37,075 bases of DNA from a candidate division WOR-3 bacterium (GTDB lineage Bacteria > Hydrothermota > Hydrothermia > JBDRYB01), in NCBI GenBank assembly GCA_049969615.1, contig JBMFOM010000008.1:1-37075 (forward strand). The letters run 5' to 3'. Positions 24,491-33,454 of this stretch are shown one piece after another (the stretch's first letter is position 1; every line of letters starts with the position of its first letter). The notes beneath the pieces were generated by a model. It saw nothing but the letters and a program-made list of their open reading frames with translations. It ran no database searches and had not been told where the DNA came from. A program made the translations under genes and the position numbers.

Positions 24491-25489
24491 CTAACATATC
24501 CTGGGATACTGATCCTCGGCGAGCATATCCAGCACGCGCTTTCCGCCGGTCTCGGTTATCCCAACAACCATGCCCTTGCCCTCGGTAACCTCGCCTATAA
24601 GAGCCGCGCCCGAACCCAGGGGATGGTTCTTGAGGACCTCAACTGCCCTTTCGGCCTCGTCCGCGGAAACAAACACGACTGCCCTGCCCTCGCAAGCCGC
24701 ATAAAGGGGATCAAGGCCGAGCAATTCCGAGGCCGCGGCAACCTCTGGTCGGACAGGAACATCCCGCTCGCGTATCACGAAATCAAGCCCCTGGCGACAG
24801 GCCTCATTGAGGACAGTGGCAAGTCCACCCCTTGTGGGGTCGCGAACGAATTTAACATCCTTTCCTAGGTCCTGATAGAGGGGCTCAAGCATCCCCCAGA
24901 CGGGCGCGCAATCCGAGGGAAAATCAGCCTCCAGACCGAGCTCTCCCTTTGCAAGGAGAACCGCGAACCCGTGGTCGCCAATGGTGCCTGTGACTATTAT
25001 CCGGTCGCCAGGCTCAATCCTTTCCGGGCTGAGATCAATTCCTGGCATAAGTTCCCCAAACCCCGCGGTATTCACGATTATGCCACCTGATCCTTCTATG
25101 ACCTTCGTGTCGCCCGCTACAAATGTGGCGCCGACCTCCCGGATGGTTTCCGCGAAGGAACCGACTATCCTCGCGAGATCGTCAAAATCAAGCCCCTCCT
25201 CAAGGACAAAACCGCCCGTGAGGAAAAGGGGCCTCGCGCCGGAAACAGCGAGGTCGTTTATGGTTCCGGATGCCGAGAGCTTCCCTATGTCTCCGCCTGG
25301 AAAGAATATGGGCCTAACCACAAAGGAATCCGTTGTAAGAGCGACTCTCTTCTCGCCGAGACAGAAGACCCCGGAGTCGCCGAGCGCGTCCAGGGTAGGG
25401 TTTCCGAGAAGGGGCAGAAAGGCCTCCTTCACCAGCCTCGCCGAGAGAACCCCGCCTGAGCCGTGACCCAGACGGACCCGCTCACCCAT
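24491..25489 (-). CDS. hypE: Hydrogenase maturation protein HypE
   Basis: GHGSGG, TTDSFVVRPIFFPGGDIGKL, GDTKV, RDPTRGG, C-terminal PRIC. Confidence 0.96.
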   Translation of the reverse strand: MGERVRLGHGSGGVLSARLVKEAFLPLLGNPTLDALGDSGVFCLGEKRVALTTDSFVVRPIFFPGGDIGKLSASGTINDLAVSGARPLFLTGGFVLEEGLDFDDLARIVGSFAETIREVGATFVAGDTKVIEGSGGIIVNTAGFGELMPGIDLSPERIEPGDRIIVTGTIGDHGFAVLLAKGELGLEADFPSDCAPVWGMLEPLYQDLGKDVKFVRDPTRGGLATVLNEACRQGLDFVIRERDVPVRPEVAAASELLGLDPLYAACEGRAVVFVSADEAERAVEVLKNHPLGSGAALIGEVTEGKGMVVGITETGGKRVLDMLAEDQYPRIC

Positions 25490-25697
25490 CAAGCGCCTCC
25501 CTGAGCATGTCAAGGATCTCCGCGGCTTCCTGTTCGCTCATGGTCTCTATGGCGAAGCCTGTGTGCACGATGACCCACTGGCCTGGCATTGCATCGGGCA
25601 CAAGCGCGAGAGAGACCTGGCGGCGAAGCCCGCCGGACTCAACCCAGCCCATGTCCCCTTCCTTTTCCAGAAGCTTCATCGGGATTCCGAGGCACAT
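25482..25697 (-). CDS. hypC: Hydrogenase maturation chaperone HypC
   Basis: N-terminal MCLGIP and VIVHTGFAI; leaderless promoter TTGAAC-N18-TAAAAT-N6-ATG at 25733-25704. Confidence 0.95.
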   Translation of the reverse strand: MCLGIPMKLLEKEGDMGWVESGGLRRQVSLALVPDAMPGQWVIVHTGFAIETMSEQEAAEILDMLREALDG

Positions 25698-25791
25698 GGT
25701 TATATTTTAATTTAAGGGCCTGCGCCTGTTCAAGAGTGACTATGGATCCGCGCAACAGAACAAAACCGCGGCCGTACAGGATCCATGCATG

Positions 25792-26379
25792 CTATCCCCT
25801 GCTCGCTGAGAGGCCCAGCTCAAAGGCCTTCATGTTGAGCTCCCGGTATTTCGGGGGCACGCGATCAGCCACGACCTTTCTCAATAGCTCCTGATCCAGG
25901 CGAAGGAACGGGCTAGCCGCGCCAATGAGAACAACATTCACCGCGCGCTCCGTGCCTGCCTGCCTTGCCAGGCTAAGCGCATCAAGGGCAACGGTTTTGA
26001 AACCAGCCTCCCGGAGCCGCTCAACCGCGTCGTGAGGGTATTCGGATAGACCCTGGCTCACGGTGACAGGGATTATCTCCTGGGTGTTCAGGATCACGAT
26101 GCCCTCGGCTGGGTTCAGGAGACTCGTCCACCTCAGGGCCTCGGATTTCTCAAACGAGAGGAGAAGATGGCCCGTGCCACCCTCAACCAGAGGGGAGAAG
26201 ACACGGGGCCCGAACCGGACATGGCTGACAACCGAGCCTCCGCGCTGGGCCATGCCGTGGACCTCGCTTTGCTTTACATCATAGCCCGCCTCCATCGCGG
26301 CCGCGGATATTATCTCTGAGGCGAGGACAACGCCCTGGCCGCCGACTCCGGATATGAGTATGTTGACCGTGTCAAGCAT
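25792..26379 (-). CDS. iorB: Indolepyruvate:ferredoxin oxidoreductase beta subunit
   Basis: GVGGQGVVLAS and SEVHGMAQRGGSVVSHVRFG. Confidence 0.93.
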   Translation of the reverse strand: MLDTVNILISGVGGQGVVLASEIISAAAMEAGYDVKQSEVHGMAQRGGSVVSHVRFGPRVFSPLVEGGTGHLLLSFEKSEALRWTSLLNPAEGIVILNTQEIIPVTVSQGLSEYPHDAVERLREAGFKTVALDALSLARQAGTERAVNVVLIGAASPFLRLDQELLRKVVADRVPPKYRELNMKAFELGLSASRG

Positions 26380-28165
26380 TTGTCACCTCCGCTTTCTCGT
26401 TCTCCAGGATTATTGCCGCGTACGTCTTGGGGCAGACCTGAGCGCAAAGGGAACAAGATGTGCATAGGGTTCTGTCTATTCTGGCCTTGCCGTCAGCAAC
26501 GAATATAGCCGGGCAACCCAACCTAAGGCAGAGGTGGCACTTCTCGCCAGCGCAACGTTCCTCCAGGACAAGGTATTTTGGCAAGGCCTCCCAGCGCTTT
26601 CTCTCCTCCGGGAGGAGGACACACGCCCTTCTGGTCACCACAAAGCTTGGGCCGTCATGGGCCATGGCTTCCTTTAGGGTGTCCCTGACCAGCTTCAAAT
26701 CATACGGGTCTATCACCTTGATGTGGTTGATCCCGAGGGCCTCGGCTATTTTTTCGGGAAGAAGCACCACAGTTTCCTCGCCCTTTAGGGTTCTGCCGGA
26801 ACCCGGGTGAACCTGGTGGCCAGTCATCGCGGTGGTCCTGTTGTCAAGGACTATTACCGTATTGACGCCCTTGTTATAGACCATCTCCATTGTCCCGGGT
26901 ATTCCCATGTGGAAGAAGGTTGAATCCCCGAGAACCGCGACGGTCCTCTTTGCCTCCTTGCCTCCGCGGGTCTTCGCGAAGCCAAAAGCGTTTGTTACTG
27001 AAGCGCCCATGCAGATGCAGGTATAGATTGAGCTGAGAGGGGGCAGTGCTCCGAGAGTATAACAGCCTATATCCCCGAAGACATTCGCCTTCAGTCTGTT
27101 GAGCTGAAAGAACACCGATGTGTGGGGACAACCGGGGCAGAGGTTTGGTGGACGGGAGGGCGCGCCGGAGATGGATTTGGTCTCAAGACGCTCTCCTTTC
27201 ATCGCTGAGCGTATGAGCTCCGGGGAAAACTCCCCTATCTCCGGCAGGACATCCTTTCCCTTGCATGGTATCCCCATGGCTTTGACCCGCATCTCTATAA
27301 AGGGATCGAGCTCCTCAACGATGTATATGGCACCGCCGGCCCCGAGAATTTGGTCAGCGAAGGCCCTGACCAAGTTCTCCGGAAACGGGTAGCTCATGCC
27401 CAACTTGAGATAGGATGCCTCCGGAAAAATCTCCCTGGCATACATGTAGCTTATACCCGATGTGATTATACCCATCTTCTTGTCGCCGGGCTCTATCTTG
27501 TTCAGGCCACTGGTCTCAGAGAATTCAGAAAGGGCCTTCAGCCGTTTTGCCAGGTCAACCCTCCGCGGCCTCGCGTTCACCGGCATCATCACATACTTTT
27601 CCCATCTGAGGTCCGGATCCCGAAGGGGGACATCGGCCCTCTGATCAGCTGTCTCAACACTTGCCTTGCCATGGGAAAGCCTGGTTTCTACCCTGAAGAG
27701 GACTGGAATATCATATCGCTCTGATAGTTCAAGCGCTATACGCACGAAATCATAGCACTCCTGAGGATCAGATGGTTCTACGAGAGGAAGCTTGGCAAAA
27801 GGCGCGTAGTTGCGGTTGTCCTGTTCATTCTGGGAAGAGTGCATGGATGGGTCATCGGCGGAAACAATTATCATGCCGCCGTTTATGCCCGTGTAGGACG
27901 AGGTGAACAGTGGGTCTGCCGCGACATTAAGGCCGACATGCTTCATCGCGACCAAGACCCTTGCGCCGGCGAGGGATGCGCCAAAAGCGGACTCAAAAGC
28001 GGCCTTCTCGTTGGGAGACCACTGCGCGTAAACCTCCGGGAAAGGTGCGATTGCCTCAAGTATTTCGGTTGAAGGGGTTCCTGGGTATGCCGCGGCAAAG
28101 TGCCCGCCAGAGTCCCGAAAGCCCCATGCTATCGCTTCGTTGCCAGAAAGGAGCATTTTCGGCAT
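26372..28165 (-). CDS. iorA: Indolepyruvate:ferredoxin oxidoreductase alpha subunit
   Basis: GNEAIA, YPGTPSTE, KHVGLNVAAD, SSQNEQD, CPGCPH, GDIGCY, GDSTFFH, C-terminal ferredoxin cysteines. Confidence 0.96.
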   Translation of the reverse strand: MPKMLLSGNEAIAWGFRDSGGHFAAAYPGTPSTEILEAIAPFPEVYAQWSPNEKAAFESAFGASLAGARVLVAMKHVGLNVAADPLFTSSYTGINGGMIIVSADDPSMHSSQNEQDNRNYAPFAKLPLVEPSDPQECYDFVRIALELSERYDIPVLFRVETRLSHGKASVETADQRADVPLRDPDLRWEKYVMMPVNARPRRVDLAKRLKALSEFSETSGLNKIEPGDKKMGIITSGISYMYAREIFPEASYLKLGMSYPFPENLVRAFADQILGAGGAIYIVEELDPFIEMRVKAMGIPCKGKDVLPEIGEFSPELIRSAMKGERLETKSISGAPSRPPNLCPGCPHTSVFFQLNRLKANVFGDIGCYTLGALPPLSSIYTCICMGASVTNAFGFAKTRGGKEAKRTVAVLGDSTFFHMGIPGTMEMVYNKGVNTVIVLDNRTTAMTGHQVHPGSGRTLKGEETVVLLPEKIAEALGINHIKVIDPYDLKLVRDTLKEAMAHDGPSFVVTRRACVLLPEERKRWEALPKYLVLEERCAGEKCHLCLRLGCPAIFVADGKARIDRTLCTSCSLCAQVCPKTYAAIILENEKAEVTNA

Positions 28166-28173
28166 AAGTCAAT

Positions 28174-28206
28174 AATTATAACCCACTTCCCGCGCAGGAT
28201 CAAACA
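28174..28206 (-). promoter_or_regulatory. iorAB promoter TTGATC-N17-TATAAT
   Basis: Near-consensus; 28/33 identical to the rnfB promoter. Confidence 0.7.
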
Positions 28207-28224
28207 TTTGAGGCCGGTAGCACG

Positions 28225-28340
28225 GTCCTGCCCTATCGCTTCTCAGCCCATCCAACTTGTCACCCTCTATACAGGTAAGAAGATCTTTATCTAGAGCTAG
28301 AAGCTTCTCACCAGTATAGAGCATGACAGGATTGCAGGAC
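28225..28340. other. Long imperfect palindrome (hairpin) between gyrB and iorA
   Basis: CTTGTCACCCTCTATACAGGTAAGAAG pairs with CTTCTCACCAGTATAGAGCATGACAGG; outer GTCCTGC/GCAGGAC stem. Confidence 0.7.
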
Positions 28341-28363
28341 GAAGCTCTCTGCCCAACCAGGAA

Positions 28364-30763
28364 TCAGATGTCTATGTTCACGGCCTTCAGAGCGTTGTGC
28401 TGTATGAACTCCCTCCTGGGTTCAACTTGGTCCCCCATGAGGATGGAGAAAAGCCGTTCCGCCTGCTCCGCGTCCTCAACGGAAACGCGCTTCAGCGTCC
28501 GGGTCTCAGGGTCCATGGTCGTCTCCCATAGCTGGTCAGCGTTCATCTCCCCGAGTCCCTTGTAGCGTTGAATGGTGACGAGCGAGGTGGGGTCTGAGGA
28601 GAGCATTCTCCTCAGGAGAGAAACCAGATCATCCGGCCTGCGGATTATTATCTCATCTTTTTCAAGGATGAACCTGGTGTTCTTGAGGCCTTCTCCCGAA
28701 AGCGCCTCTGTGGCCTCCGAATACAGGTTCAGGATGAGCCGCAGGTCTTCGGCAGATATGGCGAGCTCTTTGTCGGATTTTATCTTGAACCTGACCTCGT
28801 TCTTTTCCTGGTCAACGCTGAACTCTAAAATCGCATCGTTTCCCTTCAGCGCTTCGTTTATGAACCTGAACATCTCCTCGGTGTCCGAGAAGGTCTTTTT
28901 CCACATGCCCATCCCCGCTATAATGGGTTCGGCTATCTTTGCCAGATTCTGATCGTATCTGGCGAGAACGCCAGAATAGTGCTTAAACTTGTGAAAAGCA
29001 AGGAGCTTTCCGAGCAATTCCTCGTCGGAGAGCTCAGAGCCATCCTTTCGGAAGGCTTTCAAACCATAGGCTACCTGGATCCCTCTTGCCCACAGGTCTT
29101 GCTCATTAAATGCATAGGCGAATGATTTGCCCTTCTGAACGCGAAACAGAGGTGGTTGTGCTATGTATATATAACCAGACTCTAACAGGGGCCTCATGTA
29201 TCTGTAGAAGAAGGTGAGGAGGAGGGTTCGGATGTGGGCACCATCAACATCCGCGTCGGTCATTATGATTATCTTGCCATAACGAGCCTCGGCTGGGTCG
29301 CATTCTTCACCTATCCCGGCGCCTATCGCGGAAACCAATGTCCTTATCTCCGCGTTGGACAGTGAGCGGTCAAGGGTGCTCTTCTCAACATTCAGTATCT
29401 TGCCGCGGAGGGGAAGGACGGCCTGGGTGTGTCTGTCCCTGCCCTGTTTAGCGTTTCCCCCGGCGGATTCGCCTTCAACGATGAAAAGCTCTGCCGAATC
29501 CTTCTCTTTTGATATGCAATCCGTGAGCTTGCCTGGAAGGGTATCGGACTCAAGGAAGCTCTTGCGCCTGGTGAGCTCGCGGGCCTTCCTGGCGGCCTCG
29601 CGGCCACGAGCGGCCAGGAGGCATTTGCCTATTATGGCGGAGGCCGCGCGGGGGTTCTCCTCCATGAAACGCCAGAGCTTCTCGTATAGACCGGCCTCAA
29701 CTATTCCCCTGATATAGCCATTGCCCATCTTTGTCTTTGTCTGGCCCTCAAACTGAGGATCAGGCAGTTTAACATGTAGGATAGCCGTGAGCCCTTCCCT
29801 GGTGTCTTCTCCGGTTATGGCCTGGCCGTTCTTCATCAGGCCGGTCCCCTTGCCGTAATCGTTTATGACCCTGGTGAGCGCGCTTCGGAACCCGGTGAGG
29901 TGAGTTCCGCCCTCATGGGTCTGGATGGTGTTCGCATAGGTGAGGACTATCTCAGAGTAGGCGCTCGTGTATTCAAGCGCGCACTCAACATCAACCCCTT
30001 TTTCCTCATCCCTGAACTGCGCGTAGAAGGGCGGGGCAAACAAAGGCTCTCTGGCCTCATCAAGGTAGGAAAGGAACTCCTTGAGTCCGCCCTCGTAGAA
30101 AAATGTTTCTTCCCGGCCGGATGATTCTTCAACCACCTTTATCCTGATCCCCGCCACCAGGAAGGCTATTTCTCTTATCCTTTCGGACGCAAGGTCAAAG
30201 TCAAATGTGGTCTCCTTGAATATCTCATGGTCAGGCTTAAACCGTATGGTTGTGCCGGTTCCCTCCGCGGGGCCGATGGCCTCAACCTCCGTGACCTTAT
30301 TCCCCCTTTCATAGCGCTGACGCCACAGTTGGCCATCGCGCTTGACCTCCGCGATCATCCACTCGGAAAGCGCGTTGACGACCGACGCGCCAACGCCATG
30401 AAGGCCGCCGGAGATGGCGTAGGATTTGTGGTCAAACTTTCCGCCCGCGTGCAAGGTTGTCATCACGACCTCAAGAGCGGAGACCCCTATCTCCGGGTGG
30501 ATGTCAACCGGAATTCCCCTTCCGTCATCCGAGACCGTGACAGAACCGTCCGCGTGAAATGTAACCTCAACCGTCCTGCAATAGCCAGCCAAGGCTTCAT
30601 CCACGGAGTTATCAACTATCTCATAGACAAGGTGGTGAAGCCCCCTTTTCCCCACATCGCCTATATACATGGCGGGGCGCCTCCGGACCCCCTCCAGTCC
30701 TTTCAGTATCTTTATGTCAGAAGCATCGTATCCGGTGTCCGGCTTCTTTCTGGGAGCGGTCAT
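28364..30763 (-). CDS. gyrB: DNA gyrase subunit B
   Basis: RRRPAMYIG, EIVDNSVDE, GGLHGVG, FEGQTK, VEGESAGG, PLRGKILNV, MTDADVDG, QRYKGLGEMN; SD GGAGG before ATG 30763. Confidence 0.97.
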   Translation of the reverse strand: MTAPRKKPDTGYDASDIKILKGLEGVRRRPAMYIGDVGKRGLHHLVYEIVDNSVDEALAGYCRTVEVTFHADGSVTVSDDGRGIPVDIHPEIGVSALEVVMTTLHAGGKFDHKSYAISGGLHGVGASVVNALSEWMIAEVKRDGQLWRQRYERGNKVTEVEAIGPAEGTGTTIRFKPDHEIFKETTFDFDLASERIREIAFLVAGIRIKVVEESSGREETFFYEGGLKEFLSYLDEAREPLFAPPFYAQFRDEEKGVDVECALEYTSAYSEIVLTYANTIQTHEGGTHLTGFRSALTRVINDYGKGTGLMKNGQAITGEDTREGLTAILHVKLPDPQFEGQTKTKMGNGYIRGIVEAGLYEKLWRFMEENPRAASAIIGKCLLAARGREAARKARELTRRKSFLESDTLPGKLTDCISKEKDSAELFIVEGESAGGNAKQGRDRHTQAVLPLRGKILNVEKSTLDRSLSNAEIRTLVSAIGAGIGEECDPAEARYGKIIIMTDADVDGAHIRTLLLTFFYRYMRPLLESGYIYIAQPPLFRVQKGKSFAYAFNEQDLWARGIQVAYGLKAFRKDGSELSDEELLGKLLAFHKFKHYSGVLARYDQNLAKIAEPIIAGMGMWKKTFSDTEEMFRFINEALKGNDAILEFSVDQEKNEVRFKIKSDKELAISAEDLRLILNLYSEATEALSGEGLKNTRFILEKDEIIIRRPDDLVSLLRRMLSSDPTSLVTIQRYKGLGEMNADQLWETTMDPETRTLKRVSVEDAEQAERLFSILMGDQVEPRREFIQHNALKAVNIDI

Positions 30764-31065
30764 TTCTCCTCCTTTTTGCACCTTATGCCAGTGAGCTTTA
30801 TTTCCTTAACCATCTCTTCTCCTATGAACTCGTTCATTACGCTTATAAGCTCTTTTTTTCTGAAGGATAAATCTGACCTCAGGGCGGCACTTCTCACACC
30901 AACAGTAAGCTTTCCCTTGTCAAACTCGATAAACTCGGTGCCCGGATAAGCTGAGAAAACCTTTACAAAGGCATCTTTGACCTCCGAGGCCTGCCAAATC
31001 CCCTCAAGGCCCCACCTCTCAAGCATGGATCTGAGCCCATCGCCCATTCTCTTAGGCTTTTCCAA
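30760..31065 (-). CDS. dciA: DUF721/DciA family protein
   Basis: GKLTVGVRSAALRSDLSFRKKELISVMN...VKEIKL pattern; conserved recF-DUF721-gyrB order. Confidence 0.8.
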   Translation of the reverse strand: MEKPKRMGDGLRSMLERWGLEGIWQASEVKDAFVKVFSAYPGTEFIEFDKGKLTVGVRSAALRSDLSFRKKELISVMNEFIGEEMVKEIKLTGIRCKKEEK

Positions 31066-32053
31066 TTTCTATTACCCTCCCCGATGCCCCTCTCGCGAGG
31101 ACATCCGTGTATATAACCTGGCCGCGAAGGCTCGCGAGCAGGGCGGATAGATGCTCATCATCAAGGACAGACGCGGGTTCGTCCATAACCAGAACCGGCG
31201 GTTCCCCGAGTCTCTCCTGAAAAATATCCCTCGCGGAAAGCACTATGGCCAGGTGCGCGATCCTGCGTTCTCCCTGAGATGCAAAGCCCCTTGCTCTCCG
31301 GCCATCAAGGATGACCTCAAGGGTATCCCTCTGCGGCCCCGCGAGGGAAAATCCCCTCTCCAGCTCCTGTTCCCTGATGCTATCAAGAGAGCCGACCTCC
31401 ATCAGAGATGATGGGGTATATTTGAGGGAAACCCTGCGCCTTGATATGGGGGGTATTCTCTCGTTCAATTCCTTAACAAAACCCTCCCTCCGAGACACCA
31501 GGAAACTGCCGTGGCGCTCAAGTTCCCTGTTCCAAGGCGCCAGGTGGGTTTCTCTTCTCTTCAGTAAAACGTTCTTATGTGCCAGGACCTTCCTGAATGA
31601 CAACAGGTGTTGATAGTATTCTTTTTCCATGAGAGAGAGCGCCCAATCAAGGAACCGCCTCCCTTCCTCTGGGGTCCCGCCGATCATGGCATCAGCCCCA
31701 GGCCCGACCGCCAATACTACAAAGGTTGAGAAGAGATCCGCGTAAGAGACTATGTTCTTGCCGTTTATGCGGATGTTCTTTTTTTCACCCTTTACCGAGA
31801 CGGTTATCTCGTGAGTTGTTCCGTTTCTCACTACCTCTCCCTTCAGGGAGAACCCCGCCTCCCCCCATTTCACAAGGTCTCTGTCCAGGGTGCCGGAGAA
31901 GCTCCTGGGTGTGGAGATATATGCCACGGCCTCCAATAGGGAGGTTTTGCCAGAACCATTGGGCCCGGTGACCAGGTTAAGGCCCGGATCAAAACTGAAC
32001 CGGGCCCTCCCGAAGCACCGGAAATTGATCAATTCAAGGTTTTTCAAGATCAA
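31052..32053 (-). CDS. recF: DNA replication/repair protein RecF
   Basis: NFRC, Walker A GPNGSGKTSLLEA, GPQRD, ASQGE, Walker B LVMDE; promoter TTGATT-N18-TAGAAT at 32096-32067. Confidence 0.92.
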   Translation of the reverse strand: MILKNLELINFRCFGRARFSFDPGLNLVTGPNGSGKTSLLEAVAYISTPRSFSGTLDRDLVKWGEAGFSLKGEVVRNGTTHEITVSVKGEKKNIRINGKNIVSYADLFSTFVVLAVGPGADAMIGGTPEEGRRFLDWALSLMEKEYYQHLLSFRKVLAHKNVLLKRRETHLAPWNRELERHGSFLVSRREGFVKELNERIPPISRRRVSLKYTPSSLMEVGSLDSIREQELERGFSLAGPQRDTLEVILDGRRARGFASQGERRIAHLAIVLSARDIFQERLGEPPVLVMDEPASVLDDEHLSALLASLRGQVIYTDVLARGASGRVIEIGKA

Positions 32054-32217
32054 TAGCGAACACCATATTCTAAAGCATAGAATTGGCCTGAATCAAGCAC
32101 GACGCGATCGCTATTATTTAGGCCAATCAAGGGAAAGCCGTTCTCGGTAACTGGCCACCGGCAAAGGTTCCGGGGATTCGGATAAAAAACCAGAAAGCAA
32201 TGTGATGTGTTATCACC

Positions 32218-32267
32218 CGAAACCCCTGAAAAATCCCGGTTTGTCCTTGGTCCCTATCCGGGAGCCT
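32218..32267 (-). repeat. Dispersed 50-bp repeat (module C), copy 2
   Basis: Inverted relative to 3369-3418, 46/50 identical. Confidence 0.85.
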
Positions 32268-32333
32268 GCCTAAGAAAAGGGATCAATACTTACCCATTTG
32301 AAGGCGATTGCCCTTGGGATTTATTATCTCAGG

Positions 32334-32678
32334 GTGCCGATCGTTCTCCTCGTGCTCTGGTCTTCAGTCTTTTCAAATCCGGCAAAGCTGTCTGCCTGGC
32401 TCGTGATAAAGACATACCAGCTTACGCTCTCTGAGCTCCAGCCGGATGTTTGCAACTTCAACCCCTCGTGTTCGCGCTATGGCGAGGCCGCGGTGAAAAA
32501 ATATGGGTTGGCGGGCATCCTGATGGCTGGGGACCGACTGATGAGGTGCAATCCGACATCATGGCTATACCTGGGTGAGGAATATGACCTGCGGGCCGGC
32601 AAGCTCCACGAGAACCAGGAAGACTATTACATATTCAGCAGGCCGGAGTATCCGAAGGAGGTTCTATACCCGTGGTGA
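32334..32678 (+). CDS. YidD-like (membrane protein insertion efficiency factor family) paralog
   Basis: YQLTLS...CNFNPSCSRYGEAAVKKYG...DRLMRCNP motif. Start placed at GTG 32334 (TTGAAG-N18-TATTAT-N6-GTG); TTG 32298 is the alternative. Confidence 0.8.
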   Translation: MPIVLLVLWSSVFSNPAKLSAWLVIKTYQLTLSELQPDVCNFNPSCSRYGEAAVKKYGLAGILMAGDRLMRCNPTSWLYLGEEYDLRAGKLHENQEDYYIFSRPEYPKEVLYPW

Positions 32679-33454
32679 TATTTTTGCTGGTGCAGTTGGA
32701 ACCTGGCCCCGTACTGGATTTCGCCGAGGCCCTGGAAAGAGAAGGTAACCCGCGTCAGGCCGCGACCGAGTTTTACAGGTTCTGGACATACTGGCCCAAC
32801 GATAGCCTAGCGCCTTACGCCCTTTTTAAGGCGGGGATAGACTATGCCAAGGCAGGAGAATTTTCCATAGCCATAAAGGTTTTCTCAGATTACAGGGAAA
32901 AGGGTTTTCCAAAAGGGGACCATGCCCTTCTTGAAATAACGAGGATATACCTGCTCACCGGAGACCCCCGCGCGGACACCCTACTGCAAAAACTGGACTC
33001 GGTGCTTCCCAGGGAAACTGCTCTGATGAAAGCTTGGGCGGAATTGACGCGGGATGATCCCCGCTCGGCAAAAACCTACCTATTTGGGGCAGGAAAGGAT
33101 TCGCTAGCAGGAGCGCTTGAAGAGTTTCCCAAAGGCCCAACACCCATGTTGGCCGGGTGTCTTTCAATTCTCGTCCCCGGCTCCGGCCAAACCTACTACG
33201 GGCACTATGGGGACGCGCTTATGTCGTTTGTTTTCTCGGTGGGCATGGCGGCCACGAGCTATTACTACTTTAGTGCGGAAAGGCCCGTCCCAGGCTGGAT
33301 AACCGGGGGCCTCGCGGGATTCTTCTGGCTGGGCCAGGCATATGGGGCATATGTGGGCGCGAGGGCAAGGAGGCACGAGAAGAGGGAACAGTTCTTGCTG
33401 TATCTGAAAGGGGAGTTCTTCGAGGACCCCTACACCCGTGAGTTCTTCAGATGA
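32672..33454 (+). CDS. TPR-containing protein with C-terminal TM2/DUF5683-like membrane hairpin
   Basis: BamD/YbgF-like TPR (YWPNDSLAPYALFKAG); LSILVPGSGQTYYG motif followed by two hydrophobic helices. Confidence 0.7.
   Translation: MVIFLLVQLEPGPVLDFAEALEREGNPRQAATEFYRFWTYWPNDSLAPYALFKAGIDYAKAGEFSIAIKVFSDYREKGFPKGDHALLEITRIYLLTGDPRADTLLQKLDSVLPRETALMKAWAELTRDDPRSAKTYLFGAGKDSLAGALEEFPKGPTPMLAGCLSILVPGSGQTYYGHYGDALMSFVFSVGMAATSYYYFSAERPVPGWITGGLAGFFWLGQAYGAYVGARARRHEKREQFLLYLKGEFFEDPYTREFFR

Noticed and set aside
25742-25786. ATGGATCC...GGATCCAT inverted repeat between iorB and hypC as a metal riboswitch
   Set aside because: It lies upstream of the predicted leaderless hypC promoter, so it would not be in the hypC leader; at most a weak 3' hairpin for iorB.
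28580-29095. Intein in GyrB
   Set aside because: No Cys/Ser start with His-Asn end and no LAGLIDADG motif; the position matches the known TOPRIM insertion.
32054-32333. oriC upstream of recF
   Set aside because: No clustered TTATCCACA-type DnaA boxes and no AT-rich unwinding element.
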